NCBI GenBank assembly: GCA_043228905.1
Contig: JBHGNT010000639.1
Coordinates: 1-18,611 of the forward strand
Length of the DNA: 18,611 nucleotides
DNA from: Azolla caroliniana
Lineage: Eukaryota > Plantae > Polypodiophyta
Direction of reading: 5' to 3'
Both the position numbers and the translations under genes were made by a program. The notes below the pieces were generated by a model. It had not been told where the DNA came from and made no database searches. It saw only the letters and a list, made by a program, of their open reading frames with translations. This document shows, one piece after another, positions 10,433 to 18,611 of the stretch (positions are counted from its first letter, which is position 1; each line of letters starts with the position of its first letter).

Positions 10433-11722
10433 ATGCAAATGATGCTTGGACAAAGCAAGCGCATGCCGTGGGCTATATTGCATTGTCTAGGGATACACTC
10501 GGTGGCTGATTGGTTGCGGTTGTCCGGCAATAATCGTGATCAATTATATGAAGACATGGGAAAGGTCAGAAATGGTAGAAAGATGCTTGACGTAGTCAAT
10601 ACAGCTATCTCCTCGCTTCCTATTGGTAATGAGGAAGAGGGTGAATGGTCTGGACAATGTGATGGTACCGGAAATATTATCAATGTCAGGGGTCTAGGAA
10701 AGAGTGGGAAGACCGTCCTGATGGGATTATTAGATGAAAGTGCAGGCTGGTACCCTATTAGAATTGTGGCAAGCCACGGAAAGAAATGGAAGGTGAATCC
10801 ACCAGTCGAAGAGGTCGAGGAGGATTGGATCTTGTACGTGGTTGAAGGCAAGCCTCTCGAGCGCGTAGAATGGGATCCCGCTGAATATAGGTGGAAGGGA
10901 GAACAAGCTAAATCATTAGGTTTCTTCGAATACTCGACGTGCTTGGGGAGAAAGTTAGGTTCGTATCGTGTGAAATGTGCCAACAAGTGGACCCATGCAA
11001 CTATTGATTCAGTCTTCGTGGATAGAACCACGAGCAGGATATGGAACTCATCCCTTCCCGAGCGGATCAAAGTGTTTTTCTGGTTAATCACCCATCGGGT
11101 TGTTCCAACGGGAGAGTGGCTTGGGAATAGAGGCGGCATGAGTGGTTGCAAGGGGTGTAGTGCAAACTTGGAGGACATCGCTCACTGTTTGTGGTGCTGC
11201 CCACGAGCGCAAGAAATCTGGCTGAGGAGCTTAAGAATCTTGGCTCGTTTTGGGGTTGAGGTTCATGTATCGAGCGCAACAATCACTTGGCTGGCCACTG
11301 AATCGGCCTCGTGGTTTCAAGGGTGGAATGGAAACAGTCCTTCTTTAATGGTGAAGCAAGGATCTGTGCAACCAGCAACGCAAGGAGGTTTATTCTTCTT
11401 ACAGGAACGCTATGTGGACATATGGGTATTAGTGGTCGGCCTTACGGTCTGGCAAGTGTGGGTATCTCGGTGCAAGGAGACCCTCGCAGGTAAACGAACC
11501 CCACCGGCTGAGAATTTAATGATGATATGGTTTAATCTTATTTCTACGTTGCGAGGTGAGTTTGAAAGTCTTCAAGGGCCATCTGATGCAAGTGAAGAAG
11601 CTAGAGCTCGATTCCTTCGGAAATGGAGCGGTTCGTCGATGCTGCAGTTAATGGATGGTAAAGTGAAGTGGAATTATCAACCACCGCGGTGGCTGTTCCC
11701 TCCAAGTGTTCCTAACATCTAG
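10433..11722 (+). CDS. LINE ORF2 C-terminal fragment with zf-RVT zinc-binding region (no RT or endonuclease), 429 aa uninterrupted
   Basis: IWNSSLPERIKVFFWLITHRVVPTGEWL..CKGC...EDIAHCLWCCPRAQEIW fits the plant L1 zf-RVT pattern, followed by WQVWVSRC and a terminal WNYQPP. It is a transposon fragment, so expression is unknown. Confidence 0.8.
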   Translation: MQMMLGQSKRMPWAILHCLGIHSVADWLRLSGNNRDQLYEDMGKVRNGRKMLDVVNTAISSLPIGNEEEGEWSGQCDGTGNIINVRGLGKSGKTVLMGLLDESAGWYPIRIVASHGKKWKVNPPVEEVEEDWILYVVEGKPLERVEWDPAEYRWKGEQAKSLGFFEYSTCLGRKLGSYRVKCANKWTHATIDSVFVDRTTSRIWNSSLPERIKVFFWLITHRVVPTGEWLGNRGGMSGCKGCSANLEDIAHCLWCCPRAQEIWLRSLRILARFGVEVHVSSATITWLATESASWFQGWNGNSPSLMVKQGSVQPATQGGLFFLQERYVDIWVLVVGLTVWQVWVSRCKETLAGKRTPPAENLMMIWFNLISTLRGEFESLQGPSDASEEARARFLRKWSGSSMLQLMDGKVKWNYQPPRWLFPPSVPNI

Positions 11723-11974
11723 ATGGGTGCTACCATGAGGAGCGAATGGAGGACATCTATGTTGAATTCTGTTTTGTATGAGGCTCACGTGGAGAATATG
11801 TGTTCGAGTAATGGTATACACATAGAATGATGTGGTGTTTTGGAGTTGTTTTTTTATGTTGTTTCATCTACACATTGTTTTCCTTTGACATGCAAGATGT
11901 CTTGTAAGATATGAGTTGTAAATGATTCCTTTGTACATTCTTAACTAATGGAAGTAGATGTTTTTAGAAAAAAA
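10440..11974 (+). mobile_element. 5'-truncated L1-type LINE (3' part of ORF2, 3' UTR, poly(A)) with 11-bp TSD
   Basis: TSD aagaatgcaaa at 10429-10439 and 11975-11985. An A-run starts at 11968. The 5' copy follows ttt, matching the L1 endonuclease TT/AA preference. The ORF contains a zf-RVT-type motif. Confidence 0.9.
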
Positions 11975-13361
11975 AAGAATGCAAAATTTGAGCAAAAAAA
12001 CATAGTTTGTGTTGAAGTTGACCATATCATCATTCAAGTGAGTGGAGACTCGAGAGTGCATGCATGTCTCTCTCACGTCTCACTTTTGTTGAAGCTTTTA
12101 ATGTTGCACTCACTCAATGAGTTTTCTATTTTAGATTAACTTTCGTAAATATAACCATTTAAAAGGTATTGTTAGTGTATATTGGCCTAATATCCATAAT
12201 CTGATCATCTATGTATTCGGAGATATGTAATTCTTACCTTCCCTATGTGAATTAAGATTTATATAAATTCTTATGTAATAAGTGGTGAATTATAAATGAG
12301 TATGAGTAGTATGTATACAAATATACATTTTTAGTGATGAAAACTCAGTTTTTTCAGCCACCAATTTCTAAAACCTATTCTAGCAAGAAGTAATAGAACA
12401 AAGCAAATTATTTTTTGTGACATGATTTTCTCATATTTAGTGTAAACATGTTGGATAGTAAAACCCCTTTTGTGCAGCACATCATCTACTCAAGGTTATA
12501 TTGTTCTCATCTACTAATGGGTGAACACCCAATTTGGAATACAACTTATTTGAATGCATTAGTAAATAAAAGTGTTGTTGCCTCAAAGTTGTTGATTGTA
12601 TCATCATTGTTGTTTTTCTTAATATCAATGAGTTGTACAAAAAGAGTAATTTGAGATCTTATCAAAGTTTAGTTATGAAAAAAATGGTCATCTACCATTT
12701 ATCCTTGGCCACGTCTAAGTAGTTGCATGAAACAATCATAAAATCATGGGTAGGGTGTCTCGAATTTTTTTATCTTCTTTTAGCATGAATAGCAACATTT
12801 CATTAGCAAATGAATGAATGATACAAGTGTGATTGGCGAGCCACCATGTCTACGTCTTTCATACATCAAAAGGATATCTACTTCTTCTCCAAAGTGAGGA
12901 ATGAACACTATATCAAATCAATAAAATAAAAAAAGAACAATATTTTGAAGATCTTCAAGTACCTCATCCAAGTGACTTTACATTTTTCCATTTGGCTTTC
13001 AATATTATGTGGACAGAAGTCATTAAAATCAAAGTTAAAAATCAATTCACGCTCACATGTTGTCTCTTTCAAGGAGGGTGCTAAGTTTGAGATGGTATCA
13101 ATTTACTTTTGCTTGCTAAGAATGCAAACCAATATGCACTTTATTTCCAAAAGTACAACGTGTATCTTGTTAGAGGTAAATGCTTTTGTATAAGTAATTT
13201 TTTTTTATAACTTTTTTCGACAAGTACATTGAGCAATGTAAAGTTCCTCTGTGATGGTCATGTGCCTCAAAAGCATGACGTTTATCCATCCAAATGCCTA
13301 GTTCCACCATAGCTATTACATCCAAGGAATCATCAAAACTCCTATGCTTGCATGTTACATT

Positions 13362-14170
13362 CTTCTTATTTTTTCCAAAAAAAAACTCCTTCCATTAGTT
13401 ATAAAATGTTACAAATGAGACTATTATGTACAAATCCCTGGAGGGACGCGATAGTTCCACCTTATATCTTATGTGGATGCCCATTGACTCAAGAAAGGGG
13501 GAGGACAACCATTGTTGGATGAAGGCTATTCGGTGTCTTTCAACTCCATCGGAGTCGCCCTTGAGGCCATCATATTGGCTCTTTAGAGTGGCTACAATTT
13601 CACTCCATATCTCTTGTAGTAACCTTGTTGGTTGGAGAAGACTCGTCTACACCGTTGTTTCCATAGAATCCAAAGAGTTATTGGGCTGACCAATTCCAAC
13701 ACAACTTGAGATTTCTCATTAAGAGGAGTTGAGTGGACATTGCCGCTGGTGGAGAAACAAACCTCTTGTGCTTTTATCACTAGAGTCATCCCCTCCTCCT
13801 GATGCTTGTATCTCCCAACCGGGGTTTGCCATGATAGCCAACATATATTTCCCCACTTGATTGAGCCTTGCACCTGGCATAATTGCAACAAGCGGCCAAC
13901 CCCCCACCATATTCGATGGGACGTTGGGCAGTCCCACAAAGCGCGTCGTATTGATTCTACTGCATTTGGGCACTCTACACAATTAGGTGAACCAACTAAG
14001 GTTCCCACGTTGTCATGCTCCCATCGGTAGTGACTTATGTATTAATTAATAGCCATTGGAATGTGGTAATTCGCCTCGCGTGTTGTTGTTTCCAGATTTT
14101 CTGCCAAAACTTGGTGATAATTGTGTGAGGAACTTGAAATGTGTGCCAAACCTTTGTAGCAGCCGACTCT
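13362..14170 (-). mobile_element. 3' part of a degenerate L1-type LINE (zf-RVT region, C-terminus, 3' end)
   Basis: The minus strand gives CVECPNAVESIRRALWDCPTSHRIW and LWILWKQRC. After a frameshift it gives LLQEIWSEIVATLKSQYDGLKGDSD...IRWNYRVPP, homologous to the end of the 10433 ORF. An A-rich tail lies at 13374-13362 beside the TSD copy at 13347-13361. Confidence 0.88.
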
Positions 14171-14360
14171 TGTCAAAACCAAGGATAAAAGATAGAGTGC
14201 TGGAAGAAGGATATTAGAGAACACGAGAAGAAAGGAACGAAATACTAAGAGAAGAATGGATGTATAAGATAGAGAAAGAAAGAGAATGGATACAAGATAT
14301 GTAATGAGAGCTAAAGACTGGTGTTGATTCGAATTGATTTGAGAATACATGTATGCCCTT

Positions 14361-14466
14361 ATTTATAGGTTCCTATAGAATAGCTTAGAGATTTCTAGAA
14401 TGTTCTAGAGTGTTCTAGACCTAGAATGCTCTAGGACATTCTAGAACATTCTAGAATAATCTAGAG
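14361..14466 (-). promoter_or_regulatory. LTR promoter: TATA box plus heat-shock-element (alternating nGAAn) array
   Basis: TTCtaGAAtgTTCtaGAGtgTTCtaGAC at 14393-14420 and TTCtaGAAcaTTCtaGAA at 14439-14456. They lie about 25-90 nt upstream of the minus-strand TATA at 14369-14361. Confidence 0.75.
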
Positions 14467-14519
14467 GTTTTACAATAATCAATGTAATACAAGAAGTAGC
14501 TTTTATTGTTTCATATAAC

Positions 14520-14592
14520 AATAAGCTATCTTAATGGTTGAGGTTTTCAAGTATGGATTACAAGGTTCGAGGTTCAAGTCCGGGTGACGCCA
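14520..14592 (+). other. tRNA-like segment with Pol III A and B boxes inside the LTR (not a functional tRNA)
   Basis: A-box-like TATCTTAATGG at 14527-14537 (1 mismatch to TRGCNNARYGG) and a perfect B box GGTTCAAGTCC at 14571-14581. The 44-nt offset is as in tRNA T8 to G52. The segment ends ...gggtgacgcca. The acceptor stem does not pair. Confidence 0.5.
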
Positions 14593-14614
14593 TAATGGTC
14601 ATGTGTTCATGACA

Positions 14615-15030
14615 CTATCCCTCCTTCGAGAACGTCGAGTGGAAGTCGGCGTTAACATTGTTGGGCCAGGCTTGTTTGGATAGTGACGATGGAAGTCATT
14701 GACCAGAGCTTCAACATTACAAACGTTATCAATGGGTTCCCAAGTGCGATCACTCGGAGGATAGCCAAGTCAATCAACTAGATAATAAAGCTTATTGCGC
14801 ACAATCTTAGAATCGAGAATAGCAGCTACCTCGTATTCGGGGCCGTCCACAAGTTGTATAGAAGGCGGTGGTGGCACGACACGATTAGGAATTAAAGAGG
14901 TGCGGCAAGGTTCCAAAAGAGAGCAATGAAAGATAGGGTGAAGCCGCATATGTGCAGGAAGGTTAAGACGAAATGTTGCATCATTAATCTGCACCGTGAT
15001 GACAAAAGGACCTAAGCGTTGATAGTCAAG
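14615..15030 (-). mobile_element. Ty3/gypsy chromovirus pol 3' end: integrase GPY/F module, chromodomain and PPT (pseudogenised)
   Basis: LDYQRLGPFVITVQINDATFRLNLPAHMRLHPIFHCSLLEP...EYEVAAILDSKIVRNKLYYLVD*LGYPPSDRTWEPIDNV...FHRHYPNKPGP. One TGA replaces the chromodomain Trp. Confidence 0.93.
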
Positions 15031-15494
15031 AGTTGTTTTTATCTTGCATTTTTCCGTTATCGATCGAGGGGCATGTTTGTGTTATGTGTTCGATAGTGGC
15101 GATGTTCGAAGTTTCCATGATTGACAGAGTCTTCCAATGTGTTTGGGGGGGTAGTAGTCAGACTTTTTTCTTTCTTTTTTGGTTTACAGGGGTGGGGGCT
15201 CGACTACTCGAACTGTGGTTGGGGGGTTCTCACTTTTTGAACTAGGGGGGGGGGGGGGGGGGGGGGGGGAGGAGAGAGAGAGAGAGAGAGAGACCTAAAT
15301 GAGCAACGTGAGGTGGTGGCGACGGGGAGGTTGTGACGACACTGACTGTGGGTTGTCTGCAGAAATGGGTAGAGAGGAGCTTCTGTGCCTCACGTCTGCA
15401 GACCTCCGCCCTGCACTGGAGCGTCGTTTCCGGTTCACCTCCTGCTCCGCTCCGTCTACTTACGCTTCCCCCGAAATATATCCTCTTTTACAAT
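15031..15494 (-). mobile_element. Probable 5' UTR and ORF1 start of the LINE whose 3' part is at 13362-14170
   Basis: A GC/CpG-rich block with (CT)n and C25 on the minus strand is followed by an ATG at 15118 (METSNIATIEH...) that is cut at the gypsy junction. It is bounded by cttgcatgttacctt (15495-15509), which matches cttgcatgttacatt (13347-13361) at 14/15. Confidence 0.62.
15245..15293. repeat. G25 homopolymer followed by (GA)n
   Basis: Directly visible. Confidence 0.92.
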
Positions 15495-16286
15495 CTTGCA
15501 TGTTACCTTAACAATGGAATAAAAGTGGTTTAAAAATAATAATTTCACCAATGCTCTTTTGACATATACCAAAATAGGAAATGGTGTTTTGGTCTCACAA
15601 ATAAACCAATATTGACACACACAAAAAGAGAGAGAATTTAGTAAATGCTCCTCCAAAGGTACCTTTGGTATATACTGAAAGAATGTGCCTCTCTAATTCA
15701 TGGCGTGAGCTAAAAGACCATAAGAAAGTATACAAATGTTTTTTTGTATCTACTAAAGCTATGAGAAGTTTTAGTCTTGTGTTAGGCATGTCATGTGACT
15801 TAATATAGATAGTAACGAGGATTATATTGTTTCTCCAAATAGTCATTCAACGTCAAGTACGGGGAAACAAAATCGTAAAATCTCTAAACCTTCTAAGTTA
15901 GATATGTTACATTTTTTTTCTAAACCCATACGAATGTTCAACTATGAATGTTGGGTTACCTTCTTTTGGTCAAATTCTCATTTATAGTATACCAAAAAGA
16001 AGGTTATCAAAATCATTTGATGTTCTATTTCCATGCTTATTGGTATCTCCAATAGTTCTCTGAAGGTAGCATTATATTGTTTGTTTTAACACATTTGTGA
16101 AGTGTAAAATGTAAAGCATGTGGATTTTATAGGGAAAGCATTGATTCAAGGACTTGAACACAAATTCCCCACATATGTATAAATATATCATACTTGTATT
16201 TTGTTCACTTAATCATCAAAGTTGCAAGAAATCAATGTCACATGTGCTAGTAGATTTACATTATTTGTAGATAGTACAAGGACATT

Positions 16287-16846
16287 GGAGTGGATATTGT
16301 CGATGGTGGGAAAAAGAATCTCTTGTGCTTTTATCACCAAAGTCCTCCCCTCCTGATGTTTGTACCAGTCAACTGGGGGCTTGTTATGATGACCAACATA
16401 CATTTCCCCACTTGATTATGCCTTGCACCTGGCATAATTGCAATAGGCAGCCAACCCCCCCGCCATAATCGATGGGTCTCTGGCTAGTCCCACAAGGTGT
16501 GTCGGATTGATTCTGATGCATTTAGGCACGCTACACAATTAGGAGTGCTAAGGGTTGCCCTTCTCCAACCAGTAGTGACTTATGTATTCATAGCCATTGG
16601 AATGTGGTAATTCGCCTAGCATGTTATTGTTTCCAGAGTTTCTACCAAAAAGTAGTAATAGTTGTATGAGGAACATGATATGTGTCCATACCTTTGCAGC
16701 AATCGGCTCTAAGGCGGTTTGAGCAGCTAGAATATGGTGACCCAATCTAGTCGTGAATTGGAAGAAAGGGATGACTTTGCTTCCTTGACCCACATAAGGA
16801 TCGCGCCACGCCCCTTACAAAGGGTCCCAACTGATATTACATAACC
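16287..16846 (-). mobile_element. Internal L1-type LINE fragment, close paralogue of about 13730-14170
   Basis: Long shared blocks, e.g. ctcttgtgcttttatcac, gccttgcacctggcataattgcaa and atagccattggaatgtggtaattcgcct. The extension reads ISWDPL*GAWRD...IPFFQFTTRLG...AKVWTH, matching VEWDPAEYRWK...LGFFEYSTCLG...NKWTH of the 10433 ORF. Confidence 0.88.
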
Positions 16847-17124
16847 AATTTTGAATCTTTCTATCGGAGGTCATTCAACTCAAAAAAGATGTATTGCAAG
16901 GCCACATCATTTTCAATTTGCATTTCATATGAAATGAGTTTGGATTGGGGGTTTCTTCCTCATCATTACATTGTAACTATAGTATGACAAGGTGTAACAA
17001 TCCTCCTCTTATAGCATTCTTTGAGGACCATGCAAAGATAGTCATACATTATTTAAGACTATGTAAAGGCAACTAAGCCCGTTGTAGTGGCTTGTAAAGA
17101 GAAAAAACAAAACATGTTGTGCTT

Positions 17125-18300
17125 ATAGATTGATAGAGATAAATACATTATATTATCATCTTCAGATGTCAAATATGACATACGAGACAAAAAATACTAC
17201 ATTTAACATAATAAATGTAGAAGTGAGTAGAGACTCTCGATGTTTAAGAACTTTACCAATGGATGTTACGATCGACAATGCACATTGTGATTGTGAAAAA
17301 AAATCACGCAAGGATTGGGTTCGGCTGAAGATGTGTGTAAAGCATCGTCAAATATGATCAAATGTAGAGCATTGTGTCAAAGTGTGATACTTAGACTCCC
17401 AAACTTGTTCCAGGCAAAGTGTGCATAGGTGACTACTCTCATCACTTGTGTCCAAACGCCCCATCTCACATCACAATGCGTGTGAGCTAAGTCATATGGA
17501 AGCAATTGTTCAGGTGGCATACAATAGGATGGGCTCTAACATGCATCGATGTGTATGGGTTTCCTAATACGATGAAGAATATGGTCCTGTAGCTTGATGC
17601 AACATATTTGGTATAATGTGTGAAGTGTGAGCCACCACATTTTTCCCACGTCATGATACATTGACATTGCAAAAAGACCTCATTTATAGAGGAATATTAT
17701 GTTGTATCATGAAGCAAATGTGTTGCATCCCATCTTGCAAACCATTTTTCCATATCTTGCATTTATGCGTCCACCCCATTGAGAAGCTCTGGCGTCACCA
17801 AAGTGTTGAAAATTATTTCCCGAAGACCCAACACGTAAATTCTCCATCATTGTTTGTGTTCTGAAATGTATAATATGCTCTCTTCCCCGCCTTTAAGGAA
17901 TGGACAACACATACATTCCATCTATGCTTCGAAGGAATTTCAAGACCAAAATAAGTTTTCCGCACATTCAAGTCGCTCATTATGGTGATGATGCATGGTT
18001 TATCTTTTTTTTGGCCCTTCACAAGCATAAACTTTGATTTAGAGTTGTTGACCGTGACACTTAATTTAGTATGCAAGAAAACTTTTCCATTGCCCTAATA
18101 AGCTTTTACGCATCTTCTGAAGTATTTGCAAAAACACTATATCATCCACATACAACAAAAAGCATGATGGCTACATTTCCAATGATGACTTATTCAACGC
18201 CTTCTTCATTTATAAACTTGGCAACCATTTGTTCAAATTCATTAATGCATAGAACAAATAGAGTTGGTGAGAGTTGGTATCCTTGCTTAACACCAATAGA
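17125..18300 (-). mobile_element. Old degenerate non-L1 LINE (RT plus C-terminal CCHC; RTEX/L2/CR1-like grouping)
   Basis: The minus strand gives SIGVKQGYQLSPTLFVLCINE, a frameshifted LLYVDDIV, YFGLEI, and then *LSSHAL*CEMGR...LCTLC...ESKYHTLTQCSTFDHI*RCF. It has many stops and a TCTA-like tail at 17141-17125. Confidence 0.82.
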
Positions 18301-18611
18301 GGGAGGGGGAGGGGGAGAGATATTTCTAACATCCATGGGAGACTAATTATGATCCACTTGCCCATTGTGAGGATCAAACTTGGGGTCTCAATTTTTTGAT
18401 TTTGATGTTCTTGTGTAAACCACCAAGTCAACGACCAAAGAGAGATATGACTTATGGGGCCAAAAGTGAAACAATTTGATGTAGTATGTATGAGAATTCT
18501 ACTAATGGAATGTTGAATTGGGAGTGCCCACTCAAATTGCGAGAGGAATGTGGCTCCGATTGAATGTGCTCTCCTCTCCTTATATATTGTGATTTGTGGA
18601 GTACTCTGCGT

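Larger units (their letters stand above)
14171..14614 (-). mobile_element. 3' LTR (444 bp) of a Ty3/gypsy chromovirus
   Basis: Ends are TGTCA...TGACA. The PPT gaaggagggatag (minus strand, 14627-14615) abuts the 5' TG. A TATA box (cctataaat, minus) is at 14369-14361. LINE homology to the 16287-16846 copy stops exactly at 14170. Confidence 0.9.

Noticed and set aside
10540-11178. 212-aa minus-strand ORF
   Set aside because: Antisense to the LINE ORF2 fragment, with no recognisable motif.
11990-13345. Short ORFs in the AT-rich spacer, and a 16-nt near-match (aagtgagtggagactc) to 17221
   Set aside because: No motifs or splice-consistent structure; the match does not extend.
14166-15033. Inverted 7-mer actcttg/caagagt at the two gypsy junctions
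   Set aside because: It is inverted rather than direct, so it is not a TSD, and it is short enough to be chance.
15653-15668. 16-bp palindrome ccaaaggtacctttgg
   Set aside because: Real but short and without supporting context.
18350-18611. Possible LTR edge (TG at about 18366; minus-strand TATA-like tatataagg near 18585)
   Set aside because: Runs off the window, and no second LTR, PBS or PPT is visible.
1-18611. Prokaryotic origin, CRISPR array or defence system suggested by the bacterial-type topA
   Set aside because: The gene has 20 spliceosomal introns and plant retroelement neighbours, and no repeat-spacer array is present.

Overview
Eukaryotic, plant-type nuclear DNA. A non-seed plant such as a fern is suggested by the chromodomain type and LINE families; this is inference. 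Bases 99-8532 (+) hold a 21-exon gene for a bacterial-type (type IA) DNA topoisomerase I, probably organelle-targeted and possibly with further 5' exons upstream of the window. All 20 introns join in frame (19 GT-AG, 1 probable GC-AG), giving about 1151 aa. The protein ends in an unusual Lys/Ser/Glu-rich repetitive tail. The rest of the window is retroelement-rich. It contains (i) a young 5'-truncated L1-type LINE with an intact 429-aa ORF, poly(A) and an 11-bp TSD. (ii) A minus-strand LINE is bounded by a 15-bp TSD, was invaded by a Ty3/gypsy chromovirus and was then internally deleted; the surviving LTR carries a dense heat-shock-element array and a tRNA-like Pol III A/B-box module. (iii) A paralogous LINE fragment shows the empty LTR insertion site. 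(iv) An old, CpG-decayed RT-bearing LINE belongs to a different clade. All calls come from manual reading; no database searches were run.
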